Under the pieces are notes generated by a model that worked only from the letters and a program-made list of their open reading frames with translations, did no database searches and was not told where the DNA came from. A stretch of 64,000 nucleotides of DNA, taken from NCBI GenBank assembly GCA_965227515.1, contig CBDDFZ010000002.1, positions 1,024,001 to 1,088,000 of the forward strand, read 5' to 3'. Positions 18,967 through 29,162 of the stretch are shown here, piece after piece (the stretch's first letter is position 1; each line of letters opens with the position of its first letter). A program made the translations under genes and the position numbers. The DNA is from Alphaproteobacteria bacterium. Its GTDB lineage: Bacteria > Pseudomonadota > Alphaproteobacteria > CALKHQ01.

Positions 18967-19536
18967 ATGCGCGGCTATTTCGGTATCGGCGTCGAGGGCA
19001 TATCGAAGGCGATGAACGTCGGCGCGCTGATGCGCACCACCCATGCGTTCGGCGGCAGCTTCTTTTTCACCGTGGGCGCCGTCTACCAGCGCGCCCAGGC
19101 CAACAACGCCGATACCTCGAAAGCCAACACCAACCTGCCGACCTATGACTTCGCCAACATCGACGAGCTCAAGCTGCCGCAGGAATGTGCGCTGGTCGGC
19201 GTTGAGTTGACCGACGATGCCGTCGACCTGCCGAGTTTCCATCACCCGCGCGCCGCGGCCTATGTGATGGGGCCGGAGCGTGGTTCGCTGTCGCCGGAAC
19301 TGACCGGCCTGTGCGACCACGTGGTCAAGATCCCGACGCGGTTCTGCGTCAATGTCGGGCTGGCTGGCGCCATCGTGATGTACGACCGCACGATCTCGCT
19401 CGGCCGCTTCGCGCGCCGGCCGATGCGCCCCGGCGGGCCGACCGAGCCGCTGCCGGAGCACAAGTTCGGCGACCCGGTGTGGGTGCGCAAGCGCGCCCGC
19501 CGTGCGGAAGCCGACAGCGACGGCCGCGAAGCATAG
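18967..19536 (+). CDS. SpoU/TrmH family RNA methyltransferase
   Basis: NVGALMRT, MGPERGSL, CVNVGLAG and MYDR motifs. Confidence 0.92.
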   Translation: MRGYFGIGVEGISKAMNVGALMRTTHAFGGSFFFTVGAVYQRAQANNADTSKANTNLPTYDFANIDELKLPQECALVGVELTDDAVDLPSFHHPRAAAYVMGPERGSLSPELTGLCDHVVKIPTRFCVNVGLAGAIVMYDRTISLGRFARRPMRPGGPTEPLPEHKFGDPVWVRKRARRAEADSDGREA

Positions 19537-19733
19537 ATGGCGCGCCAAATTTTGGCCCGAATTCCCCGATTAACCTGCGCCGGTGCCCGATCCGGCCCCG
19601 CGCACGCCCTTTCGGCTTTGCGAACAGGGCTGTTGGCCTGGGGGCCGGATTGCGGTAACCGTAACGACGGTTAACGAACACGAACTGACTCGGTGTTGGA
19701 TTGACGATGAGGATTCTGATCGGTCTCGGGCAG

Positions 19734-20255
19734 ATGATGGGGCGCGTCGGGTATGCAAGCCGGGCGGGTCTGTTGGGGCTCGTGGGGCTTGTCTGCCTTC
19801 CGGCGGCGGTGTCGGCGCAGGACCTGCTGGGCGAGTACACGGACTGGCGCGCCTGGCGCTACGAGGAAAACGGCGGTCTGATGTGCTTCATGATGTCGGA
19901 GGCGCAGCAACGGGTGGCCGGGCCCTCCGGCGACGCGGGCCGCATCTACGTTACCCACCGCACCTGGCATGACGAGGTCGGGATTGTCAGCGTCAATCCG
20001 GGCGTGCCGTTGCAGGACGAGGAGCGGTTCGCGGCGCAGATCGGCAACAACGAGTTCGGGATGGAGTCGTTCGGCACCAGCCAAGCCTGGCCCTACCAGG
20101 GCCGCGAGTCCGACTTGGTGAATGCGATGATCTCGGGAATCGAGTTGCGGTTCACCGGCCAGACGTCCTCGGGCGACACCATCACCGACGTGTTCTCGCT
20201 GCGCGGATTCACCGCCGCCTATCGCGAGATCAGCCGCGCCTGCAACGTGAACTGA
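19734..20255 (+). CDS. invasion-associated locus B (IalB)-like secreted protein
   Basis: signal peptide; DW..CF, LVNAMISG and FSLRGFTAAY..I..AC motifs; start uncertain (19707-19737). Confidence 0.75.
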   Translation: MMGRVGYASRAGLLGLVGLVCLPAAVSAQDLLGEYTDWRAWRYEENGGLMCFMMSEAQQRVAGPSGDAGRIYVTHRTWHDEVGIVSVNPGVPLQDEERFAAQIGNNEFGMESFGTSQAWPYQGRESDLVNAMISGIELRFTGQTSSGDTITDVFSLRGFTAAYREISRACNVN

Positions 20256-20269
20256 GTTCAAACTCTCAT

Positions 20270-20356
20270 CGTCATGGTCGGGCTTTTCCCGACCATCCAC
20301 GACTTTCATCAGCAATTGCCAAGACGTGGATGCCCGCAACAAGTGCGGGCATGACG
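20270..20356. repeat. CGTC-tagged REP doublet
   Basis: near-identical to 15763-15851; lies between convergent genes. Confidence 0.9.
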
Positions 20357-20434
20357 ATAGTGGTTGGATGCAACCAACTGTGTTGATGACTGCAATATTT
20401 GAGCTTGCAGGACTAGCGACCAGCACTCGATGCC

Positions 20435-21220
20435 TCAATCCTTCGCCGGCAGGCCCTTCAGCATCTCCAGCCCGTTACCGTAGGCGACTTTCAGCGCCGC
20501 CACGTCGGTGGCGTAGCCCAGCGCGCGGAAACCGCGGCGGGCCATCTTCTCCATGAACGCGGGATTGACGTCCAGGATGCCGGCAGGCTTGCCGGCGGCC
20601 TCGCACGCGGCGGCCAGCTTGTCGGTCGCGGCCCAGAAGTCCGGGTGGTCGAACTGGGCGGTGATGCCGAGGTCGTTAGACAGGTCGAAATGGCCCAGCC
20701 AGCCGATGTCGACGCCGGGGGTGCCGACGATGGCATCGGCGTTCTCGATGCCTTTCACGGTTTCGATCAGGCAGATCACCACGTTGTCGGCATTGGCCTG
20801 CGCCATGGTGTCGTTCGGCGTGCCACGGCCATAGCCGTCGTGGGAGATGCCGAATGCCAGGCCGCGCTTGCCCTCCGGCCGGTAGCGCACGGCGTCGACC
20901 AGCGCCTTGGCCTGCTCCGGCGTTTCCACCATCGGCACCATGATGCCCTGGGCGCCCGCGTCCATCATCGGCGCCACCGTGCTGTAGTGGCCGTCGGGTA
21001 CGCGCACATAGACCTCGATATCGAGGCCGCGCGCGTACGCGATCTGCTGCTTCATGGTGTCGATGCCGACGCCGCTGTGCTCGGTGTCCATGATCACGAA
21101 GTCATAGCCCAGCACATCCAGGATCGCCGCGATGCCCGGCGTGAAAAGCTCGAAGATCATGGTGCCGTGGCAGCGCTCCCCGGCGGCGAGGCGGCTGCGG
21201 ACGGATGGCTTGGCGGACAT
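20435..21220 (-). CDS. HpcH/HpaI aldolase family protein
   Basis: MDTEHS, DAGAQGIMVP, YRPEGKRG, LIET and GHFDLS motifs. Confidence 0.92.
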   Translation of the reverse strand: MSAKPSVRSRLAAGERCHGTMIFELFTPGIAAILDVLGYDFVIMDTEHSGVGIDTMKQQIAYARGLDIEVYVRVPDGHYSTVAPMMDAGAQGIMVPMVETPEQAKALVDAVRYRPEGKRGLAFGISHDGYGRGTPNDTMAQANADNVVICLIETVKGIENADAIVGTPGVDIGWLGHFDLSNDLGITAQFDHPDFWAATDKLAAACEAAGKPAGILDVNPAFMEKMARRGFRALGYATDVAALKVAYGNGLEMLKGLPAKD

Positions 21221-21452
21221 GGCATTTCCTCCCGGTCGATTGTTCGTGTGACGGCCAACACAGCGGTTGCCGCAGGGCTGCCGTATTCGGGCCGACATAT
21301 TGGCTCCCGGACGGCGCGGGTGCGCCGCTGGGGCTGGTCAGAGAACATGCATGATCGGGTGCTTGGAGGCATCCGGCAACACTTGCGGTCCGATCTCTAA
21401 GTGCGCATCATGTCGCCAAGTGATTGCGGCCGCCCCTAGGAGGAATCAAGAC

Positions 21453-21947
21453 ATGCCCAAACATGCCCAAGGTCAACTCCGGTATCGGGGGCTTGGCGCC
21501 CGTGCGGTGGCCGTCATGTGTACCATCGTCATGACAGGCGTCATGGCGTTGGCCGGAGCCTCGGCCCAGGCCAGCGAGCCGTCCGCCGTGGCGCTGGAAG
21601 CGATCCAACTGGCGCAGGCACAGAACTGCACGTACGAGGACCGGCCGGTCTACACTCCGATGGTCTCGACCTTCATGCTCACCGGGTCGGAGACGCTGGG
21701 GCCGGACAAGGAAAACCTGGCCTGTGACATCCTGGAGAACCGCCTGCTGAACCAGGGCGAGCAGCGCTGCGCCAACAGCTATGGCCGCGAGGACCTGTTC
21801 CGCAATGTCGCGTTCGTGGCGCCGAGCATCACCCGTGGCGACTGCAACTGCAATTCCAGCAGCCGCGACACCCGTTGCACGATCAGCGTCGAAGCGGCGT
21901 GCACGTACGAATCGGTCTCCATCCAGTCGGTGCAAATCTGCAATTGA
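21453..21947 (+). CDS. secreted Cys-rich hypothetical protein
   Basis: AGGAGG RBS, hydrophobic signal ending AQA, 8 Cys in the mature part. Confidence 0.7.
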   Translation: MPKHAQGQLRYRGLGARAVAVMCTIVMTGVMALAGASAQASEPSAVALEAIQLAQAQNCTYEDRPVYTPMVSTFMLTGSETLGPDKENLACDILENRLLNQGEQRCANSYGREDLFRNVAFVAPSITRGDCNCNSSSRDTRCTISVEAACTYESVSIQSVQICN

Positions 21948-21991
21948 GCACGGTTTGCCGGCTCGGAGCTTCGGGTAAGGCGGGCGGCTGA

Positions 21992-22741
21992 ATGGCCGCC
22001 CGTCCCCTTGTTGCGGTTACCGCCGACCTGAAGGGCGACAGCAACCCCGCCCACACCACCGCCGACAAATATGTTCGCCCGGTTGCCGAGATATCGGGCT
22101 GCGTGCCGGTCGTGGTGCCGGCGCTTGGCGAGGCGATGGACATCGCCAGCCTGTTGGACGCGGTAGCCGGCGTCGTCATCACCGGCGCGATATCCAATGT
22201 CTATCCCCCGCTGTACGGCAATGAAGCGACCGAGGCCGCCGGCCCATACGACATGGCGCGCGATGCGACCTCGCTGCCGCTGATCGAGGCGGCGTTGGCC
22301 CGTGGCAAGCCTCTGTTTGCGATCTGCCGCGGTTTCCAGGAGCTCAACGTTACCCTGGGCGGCAGCCTGCATGCGGCCTTGCACGAGTTGCCGGGGCGGC
22401 TGGACCATCGGGTGCCGCAAGGCGACGACATGGACGTGAAATATGCGCCGCAGCACGGCGTGACGTTGCAGAACGGCGGCGCGCTGGCCGCCATCGTCGG
22501 CGAAACGACGTTTGCCACCAACTCCCTCCACCGCCAGGGCATCGACCGGCTGGCGGATCGTCTGATCCTGGAAGGCACGGCCGAGGATGGGACGATAGAG
22601 GCGGTCCAGGTGCGCGATGCCAGGGCCTTCGCCTTCGGCGTGCAGTGGCACCCGGAGTACAAGGCGGCCGAGAACCCGGTCTCGGCGAAGCTCTATCAGG
22701 CTTACGGGCAGGCGGCGCGCAAGGCAGCAGGGACCAGCTAG
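21992..22741 (+). CDS. gamma-glutamyl-gamma-aminobutyrate hydrolase family (peptidase C26, PuuD-like)
   Basis: AICRGFQE, NSLHRQG and GVQWHPE motifs. Confidence 0.92.
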   Translation: MAARPLVAVTADLKGDSNPAHTTADKYVRPVAEISGCVPVVVPALGEAMDIASLLDAVAGVVITGAISNVYPPLYGNEATEAAGPYDMARDATSLPLIEAALARGKPLFAICRGFQELNVTLGGSLHAALHELPGRLDHRVPQGDDMDVKYAPQHGVTLQNGGALAAIVGETTFATNSLHRQGIDRLADRLILEGTAEDGTIEAVQVRDARAFAFGVQWHPEYKAAENPVSAKLYQAYGQAARKAAGTS

Positions 22742-22771
22742 CGCCGCGCTTTTCGTTGCCAGCAGGGCCGG

Positions 22772-24763
22772 TCAGGCCACCCGCCGTTGTGCGTCTCGCG
22801 CCGCCGGCAGCTCCGCGGCGGTGCCGGGCTCGTTGGCCCGCATTCCTGGCTGCTGTTCCCGAGTACTCAGGTCTGCGGGCGGCGTAATCGGCAGCGTCAC
22901 CGTCACGGTAGTGCCGACATTCTTGGTGCTGGCGATGCCGATGGTGCCGCCATGCTGTTCGATCAGCGATTTGGTGATCGCAAGCCCCAGCCCGGCGCCG
23001 CCCTTGCTGCCGGCGTAGGTCGCTGCCTCCTGATGGAAGGGCTGCAACACGGTCGCGAGTTGCTCCTTGGCGATGCCCACCCCACTGTCGCTGACCGCCA
23101 CGACGAAGGCTTCGGTCTTCTCGTCCGGATAGACGGAGATATGCACCGTGGTCATCTCGTGCGCGAACTTGACCGCGTTCGAGCACAGATTGGCGAACAC
23201 CTGGCGCAGCGCCACCGGGTCGGCGCTGATCTTGGCGTCCGGCGGCATGCTGACGTCGAACGTCAGGCCGCGCTGCTCCGCCTGGAAGGTGACGAAGCGC
23301 ACCGCATCGGTGATGACGTCGGCCAGGTCCACCTCCTCGACGCTGATGTCGTGGTGCCCCGCCTCGATCTTCGAGAACTCCAGCACATCGTTGATGATGC
23401 CGAGGAGCTGGCGGCCGCTCTGGTTGATGGCGTCTGCGTACTCGGCGACGTGCGGCTCGGCGGAAGGTTTCAGGTTCAACAGGTCCGAGAACCCGATGAT
23501 GGCGTTCAGCGGGGTGCGCAGTTCGTGGCTCATGTTGGCCAGGAACATCGACTTCGCCTCGCTCGCCGCCTCGGCCTTCGCCGCCAGAAGGCGCTGGCTC
23601 TCGCTTTCCTCGCGCAGCCGGCCTTCGCGCGCCTCGATGCCGTCGACGAAATAGCCGTGCGCGCGGCACATCTGCGAGACTTCGTCATGGCCGGCATCGT
23701 CCACCCGTGTCAGGCTGCCGACCACGCCGTTGCGCATGGCCTGCTGCAGTTTTTTCAGCCGGCCGATCACGTTGCGGTTGAAATAGATCAGGCCCATGAC
23801 GGCGGACAGCACGGTCATGGCGGCCAGCGCCAGGAACAGGTTGACGCTGTTTTCGGTGCGATCGAAGAACAGTTGATTCTGGGCTTGCGTCGATGCGGCG
23901 ACATGCCGGAACAGCTTGCCCGTCGCTTCCATGAAGTATCCGGATGTGCGCTCGATCCGATCCAGGTGGTAGCCGAGTTCGTCGTTCACCTCGGCCTGCC
24001 GGGATGCCAGCGCGATCAGCCCGGTGAACGGGTCGATCGCGGCGCGGAACAGTTCCATCTCATGTTCCAACGCGACGCGGTCGGCTGTCGGCAATGTGAA
24101 ATAGACGATGTTCAGCGCGTCGGCACGCGCAGCAAGGTCCCGGCGCGTCGCGACATTGGGCGCCAGGTCGCCGAGCGCCATCTGCACCATGATGTCGTCG
24201 ATCAACTCGTGGGTGTCCGAGTGCCATTGCCGCGCATCGAGCGACACGTCGCGATAGATATCGGACGTTATGTCGGCGTGATCGAGGGCGCGGTGCTGGG
24301 CACTGATGTCGCGCAATAGGCTCTCGAGCGCCTGGGTCAGCACGATCCTCTGGTCGGTCGCTTCGTGCAGTTCCTCGATATTCGTTTCCAGATAGCCCGC
24401 CAACTGCACCACCTGCTCGACGAGCCGCAATTGCTCGGCGTCGCCGGTGTGGCCGTGGGTTGCCTGGACATGGCGGGTGCCGGCGGTCAGTGTCTCCACC
24501 TGCAGGCTGACACGGCGCATGATCGCCTCGTGCTCGACGTGGTTGCTTTCCGCCACCAGGGCCGGCGCCATCGAGACGAGCTCGCCGACCTGACGCGCCA
24601 ATCCGACGGCGACAATGATGCCGGGGATGCGTTCTTCGGAGATCGAGGAAAAGCCGCGCCGGAAGTCGAACAGCAGGTAGACGCTGACCATGCAGACGAC
24701 GACGACACACAGCACGGGTGCTGCGATTGCGAACAGGAATTTGCCGGTTATGCCTAGCCGCAA
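22772..24763 (-). CDS. membrane sensor histidine kinase (PleC/DivJ-like H-box)
   Basis: two TM segments, helical periplasmic domain, FLANMSHELRTPLNAIIGFS, NAVKF, DSGVG and GAGLGL motifs. Confidence 0.92.
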   Translation of the reverse strand: MRLGITGKFLFAIAAPVLCVVVVCMVSVYLLFDFRRGFSSISEERIPGIIVAVGLARQVGELVSMAPALVAESNHVEHEAIMRRVSLQVETLTAGTRHVQATHGHTGDAEQLRLVEQVVQLAGYLETNIEELHEATDQRIVLTQALESLLRDISAQHRALDHADITSDIYRDVSLDARQWHSDTHELIDDIMVQMALGDLAPNVATRRDLAARADALNIVYFTLPTADRVALEHEMELFRAAIDPFTGLIALASRQAEVNDELGYHLDRIERTSGYFMEATGKLFRHVAASTQAQNQLFFDRTENSVNLFLALAAMTVLSAVMGLIYFNRNVIGRLKKLQQAMRNGVVGSLTRVDDAGHDEVSQMCRAHGYFVDGIEAREGRLREESESQRLLAAKAEAASEAKSMFLANMSHELRTPLNAIIGFSDLLNLKPSAEPHVAEYADAINQSGRQLLGIINDVLEFSKIEAGHHDISVEEVDLADVITDAVRFVTFQAEQRGLTFDVSMPPDAKISADPVALRQVFANLCSNAVKFAHEMTTVHISVYPDEKTEAFVVAVSDSGVGIAKEQLATVLQPFHQEAATYAGSKGGAGLGLAITKSLIEQHGGTIGIASTKNVGTTVTVTLPITPPADLSTREQQPGMRANEPGTAAELPAARDAQRRVA

Positions 24764-24942
24764 CGCTCGTCGTCCACTTCGGCGGCAGCTGCCATGCGCC
24801 CAGGTGGGCGCATGCGGTGCCGTAATGCCAAGCGCAGGTGCTGCCGATGTGGCGAGCCGGCGCCCGACGCGCAGGTTAGTTACGCAGCGTTAATGAGCGC
24901 TGAACTGCCGGCCTGGCGGGCGTCATACCGGTCGGCCTGGAG

Positions 24943-24972
24943 TTGACAGGGCGGCCCGATCCCGTGTATTGC
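24943..24972 (+). promoter_or_regulatory. putative sigma70 promoter of rpsD
   Basis: perfect TTGACA with a weak TGTATTG -10 region 17-18 bp downstream. Confidence 0.45.
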
Positions 24973-25121
24973 CGCGCCTTCATCCCGAAAACGAGGTTGC
25001 CGGAATGCGTGGCAACCCGTCCGTTCGCAAGCCGAATGCGTGCGAACGCGGCTGTTCGGGACAATCTTCGCCAATAACCGACGCCGTGCACCGTCACGGT
25101 AAAGCCGGAGAGACATCGACC

Positions 25122-25742
25122 ATGAGCAAGCGTGTAGGCTCGAAGTACAAGATCAACCGCCGCCTCGGCTGCAACCTTTGGGGGCGGCCGAAGAGCCCGT
25201 TCAACAAGCGCGAATACGGCCCCGGCCAGCACGGCCAGCGCCGCCGCAAGCCTTCCGATTTCGGCGTGCAGCTGATGGCCAAGCAGCGCCTGAAGGGCTA
25301 CTACGGCAACATCGGCGAGAAGCAGTTCCGCCGCTACTACCAGGAAGCCACCCGCCGCCGCGGCGACACCGGCGAGAACCTGATCGAGCTGTTGGAGCGC
25401 CGGCTGGACGCCGTGGTCTATCGCGCCAAGTTCGTGCCGACCGTGTTCGCCGCCCGCCAGTTCGTCAACCACGGCCACATCCGGGTCAACGGCAAGAAGG
25501 TGAACATCTCCTCCTACATGGTGCGCGACGGCGACACCATCGAGGTGAAGCAGAAGTCCCGCGAGCTGCCGTTGGTGATGGAAGCCATCGCCTCCACCGA
25601 GCGCGAGGTGCCGGACTATCTGAACGTCAACTTCGACAAGCTGACCTGCACCTATCTGCGCGGTCCGTCGTTCAACAGCCAGGACGTTCCCTATCCGGTG
25701 AAGATGGAACCGAATCTGGTCGTCGAGTTCTACTCGCGCTAA
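25122..25742 (+). CDS. rpsD: 30S ribosomal protein S4
   Basis: [33 protein letters not shown] and VEFYSR motifs. Confidence 0.98.
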   Translation: MSKRVGSKYKINRRLGCNLWGRPKSPFNKREYGPGQHGQRRRKPSDFGVQLMAKQRLKGYYGNIGEKQFRRYYQEATRRRGDTGENLIELLERRLDAVVYRAKFVPTVFAARQFVNHGHIRVNGKKVNISSYMVRDGDTIEVKQKSRELPLVMEAIASTEREVPDYLNVNFDKLTCTYLRGPSFNSQDVPYPVKMEPNLVVEFYSR

Positions 25743-25793
25743 CCTGATTGCGCCGGCGCATGGCGCGCCGGCCGGATATCAGGGGCGGCATCG

Positions 25794-26156
25794 ATGCGCA
25801 TCACCGCAACCCATTTCGTGCTGGCGGTGCCGGACGCGGACGCGACCGGTCGTTGGTGGGTGGACGTGATGGATTTCGCGCCGGTCGTGTCGCCGGACGG
25901 GTGGAAATTCGTCCGGCGCGACAACAGCATGATCATGCTGGGCACCTGCCCGGATGCGATGCCGCCGGCCGACCTGGGCGACCACAGCTATTTCGCCTAC
26001 TTCGTCGTCGAGGACCTGGACGACTATCACCAAGAGATCGCCGCACGCGGCGCCAATGTGCTGAAGCCGCCGACCGACAAGGACTGGGGCATGCGCGAGA
26101 TGGCGGTGCGGTCGCCCGACGGGCATCGCATGCTGTTCGGCGAGGAGCTCGACTGA
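25794..26156 (+). CDS. VOC/glyoxalase family protein
   Basis: PPTDKDWGMREMAVRSPDGHRMLFG motif. Confidence 0.88.
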   Translation: MRITATHFVLAVPDADATGRWWVDVMDFAPVVSPDGWKFVRRDNSMIMLGTCPDAMPPADLGDHSYFAYFVVEDLDDYHQEIAARGANVLKPPTDKDWGMREMAVRSPDGHRMLFGEELD

Positions 26157-26189
26157 TGGCGGCGGGCCCGGTGGCATGAAAGACGCGCC

Positions 26190-27794
26190 GTGAACGACTT
26201 GGGCCGCTACGACTACGTCATCGTCGGTGCCGGCTCGGCCGGCTGCGTGCTGGCCAACCGCCTGAGCGCGGACCCCTCCAAGAAAGTGCTGCTGCTGGAG
26301 GCGGGCGGCCGCGACAACTACATCTGGATCCACATTCCCGTCGGTTACCTCTACTGCATGGGCAACCCGCGCACCGACTGGGGGTTCAAGACGGTGGAGG
26401 AACCCGGCTTGAACGGGCGCGCGCTCAACTACCCGCGCGGCCGGGTGCTGGGCGGCTGCTCGTCGATCAACGGCATGATCTACATGCGCGGCCAGGCCCG
26501 CGATTACGATGGCTGGCGCCAAATGGGCAACACCGGCTGGGGGTGGGACGATGTGCTGCCCTACTTCCTGAAGTCGGAGGACTATGTGGCCGACGACCTG
26601 CCGGGCCATGGCCGCGGCGGCGAGTGGCGGGTCGACAACCAGCGCCTGAGCTGGGAGATCCTGGACGCGTTCCGCGACGCGGCGGCCGAGGTCGGCATCC
26701 CGAAGATCGACGACTTCAACCAGGGCGACAATTTCGGCGTCTCCTACTTCAAGGTGAACCAGAAGGGCGGCATCCGGGTCACCATGGCCGGGGCCTTCCT
26801 GAAGCCGGTGACCGGTCGCGCGAACCTGCGGGTGGTGACCAAAGCGCAGGCCAGGCGCATCCTGTTCGACGGTGCGCGCGCGACCGGGCTGGAGCTGACC
26901 GTCGACGGCGAGTCCGCGCGGGTGGCGGCGGACGGCGAGGTCATCCTAGCCGCCGGCGCTATCGGCTCCCCGCACTTGATGCAGGTCTCCGGCGTCGGCC
27001 CGGCCGAGGTGCTGCGCGCCAACGGCATCGAGGTGGTGCACGACATCCCCGGCGTTGGCGAGAACCTGCAGGACCACCTGCAGATGCGCGCGATCTACAA
27101 GGTGGAGGGCACCACGACCCTCAACCAGCGCGCCGGCAACCTGATCGGCAAGGCCGGGATCGCGCTGGAATACGCGATGTTCCGGCGCGGGCCGATGAGC
27201 ATGGCGCCCAGCCAGCTCGGCGCGTTCGCCTATTCCGACCAGGCGTTCGATACCGCCAATCTGCAGTATCACGTGCAGCCGCTGTCGCTCGACAAGTTCG
27301 GCGAGCCGCTGCACGACTTCCCGGCGTTTACCGCCAGCGTGTGCAATCTGAGGCCGGAGAGCCGGGGCAGCGTGCGCGCCACCGGGCCGAACCCGATGGC
27401 CCACCCCGAGATCAAGCCGAACTATCTGAGCGCGCCCGCCGACCGCAAGGTGGCGGCGGACGCGATCCGGCTGACCCGGCGCATCGTCGCCGCCAAGCCG
27501 CTCGCCCGCTTCCATCCCAGCGAGTACCTGCCGGGCGACGACATCGACAGCGACGAGGAATTGGCCCGCGCAGCCGGCGACATCGGCACCACCATCTTCC
27601 ATCCCGTGGGCACCGCGAAGATGGGGACCGACCCGATGGCGGTGGTCGACCCGACCCTGAAGGTCCGTGGGCTGGAGGGCCTGCGCGTCATCGATGCCTC
27701 GGTAATGCCGACCATCACGTCGGGCAACACCAACGCGCCGACGGTGATGATCGCCGAAAAGGGTGCCGAGATGGTGCTGGCCGACGCGCGCTGA
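26190..27794 (+). CDS. GMC oxidoreductase (choline dehydrogenase-like)
   Basis: GAGSAG, LGGCSSINGMIY.RG, GENLQDH, FHPVGT and SGNTNAP motifs. Confidence 0.94.
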   Translation: MNDLGRYDYVIVGAGSAGCVLANRLSADPSKKVLLLEAGGRDNYIWIHIPVGYLYCMGNPRTDWGFKTVEEPGLNGRALNYPRGRVLGGCSSINGMIYMRGQARDYDGWRQMGNTGWGWDDVLPYFLKSEDYVADDLPGHGRGGEWRVDNQRLSWEILDAFRDAAAEVGIPKIDDFNQGDNFGVSYFKVNQKGGIRVTMAGAFLKPVTGRANLRVVTKAQARRILFDGARATGLELTVDGESARVAADGEVILAAGAIGSPHLMQVSGVGPAEVLRANGIEVVHDIPGVGENLQDHLQMRAIYKVEGTTTLNQRAGNLIGKAGIALEYAMFRRGPMSMAPSQLGAFAYSDQAFDTANLQYHVQPLSLDKFGEPLHDFPAFTASVCNLRPESRGSVRATGPNPMAHPEIKPNYLSAPADRKVAADAIRLTRRIVAAKPLARFHPSEYLPGDDIDSDEELARAAGDIGTTIFHPVGTAKMGTDPMAVVDPTLKVRGLEGLRVIDASVMPTITSGNTNAPTVMIAEKGAEMVLADAR

Positions 27795-27903
27795 GGCGGC
27801 CCGTTACCTCTGCGAATTGAACCGAGACTGATCTCCCCGCGACCAAGACCGGGAAGCCGGGCGTGCAGCCGACCCGGCGCCATCGGCATTGGGGGAGACG
27901 CAC

Positions 27904-29130
27904 ATGCCCATCATCCTGAACTTCAGCACGGTCGTGACCTGGTACACCAAGGTCGATTTCGGCACCGCCGGCGATGACCTGGTCTTCGGCTCGAACGGGC
28001 ATGACTACCTCTCCTGTGGCGACGGCGACGACAGCCTGGTGGGTCTCGACGGCAACGATCGCCTCCATGGCGGCAATGGCAACGACCTGCTGAACGGCAA
28101 TTCCGGCCACAACGTGCTTTACGGCGGTGCGGGCGACGACACGCTCTATGTCGGCGATGACGGCAGCACCGGCTATGGCGGGACCGGCAACGACCATGTG
28201 AATGGCGGCGCCGGCAACGACTACCTGGATGGCGGCGATGGCAACGACTACGTCTGGGGCAATGACGGCGACGACCTGATGTTCGGCGGTGCCGGCAACG
28301 ACTATATGGACGGCGGCGCCGGCGATGACGAAATCCATGGCGGCGACGGCATCGACAACCTCTATGGCCAGGACGGCAACGACATCCTGATCGGCGGCGC
28401 CGGCAACGACAATTTCTGGGGCCATGCCGGCGACGACCAGATCTTCGGCGGCTATGGCGACGACCATATCGTTAGCGACGGGTCGATCTACGTCGTCATC
28501 GATGGGGTCACCACGCTGTTGGAGACCGCGGGCAACGACATCGTCTTTGCCGGCGACGGCAACGACTACGTCTATGGCGGGCTTGGCGACGACTGGATCG
28601 ACGGCGGCGCGGGCGCCGACATGATCCTGGGCGCGGGGGGCGAGGACACCGTGTCCTATCAGTCGTCCGAAACCGGGGTGGAGATCCACCTGGCGCTGAA
28701 CGAGAACGAGGTCTGCTTCACACAGCAGGGCGGTGGCGCTGCGGAGGGCGACCTGCTGGCCGATATCGAAAACGTCGAAGGCTCGAACGCCGACGACAGG
28801 ATCGTCGGCGACGCCCTGAACAACACCCTGTGGGGCATGGACGGCGACGACATCCTGAACGGCGGCGAGGGCGACGACGTGCTGGAAGGCGGCGCCGGCA
28901 ACGACCTGTTCGTCATCGGCAGCGCTACCGGGTCGACCCGGATCACCGACTTCGTGGCCAGTGGCGGCGCCGAAGACGTGCTGGATTTCACCGCCTACAA
29001 CATCGGCCACGACGACCTGACCATCGTCAGCACCATGAGCGGGACGACGATCTACGTGCCCGGCGGCGAAACGGTGATCCTGGACGGCGTCAATGCCGCC
29101 GCCCTCGACGCCGACGACTTCCTGTTCTGA
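27904..29130 (+). CDS. RTX (hemolysin-type) calcium-binding protein
   Basis: many GGxGxDxL nonapeptides; C-terminal DDFLF type I secretion-like end. Confidence 0.92.
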   Translation: MPIILNFSTVVTWYTKVDFGTAGDDLVFGSNGHDYLSCGDGDDSLVGLDGNDRLHGGNGNDLLNGNSGHNVLYGGAGDDTLYVGDDGSTGYGGTGNDHVNGGAGNDYLDGGDGNDYVWGNDGDDLMFGGAGNDYMDGGAGDDEIHGGDGIDNLYGQDGNDILIGGAGNDNFWGHAGDDQIFGGYGDDHIVSDGSIYVVIDGVTTLLETAGNDIVFAGDGNDYVYGGLGDDWIDGGAGADMILGAGGEDTVSYQSSETGVEIHLALNENEVCFTQQGGGAAEGDLLADIENVEGSNADDRIVGDALNNTLWGMDGDDILNGGEGDDVLEGGAGNDLFVIGSATGSTRITDFVASGGAEDVLDFTAYNIGHDDLTIVSTMSGTTIYVPGGETVILDGVNAAALDADDFLF

Positions 29131-29162
29131 GGCGGCTCGCCATCCCCCTGGGGTGCGTTCAC

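Noticed and set aside
19650-19680. CtrA site upstream of the IalB-like gene
   Set aside because: GTAA-N6-TTAA spacing does not fit TTAA-N7-TTAA
27904-29130. Periodic 27-bp repeats that could suggest a CRISPR array or VNTR (also 53138-53992)
   Set aside because: These are coding RTX nonapeptide repeats; no constant repeat with unique spacers and no cas genes
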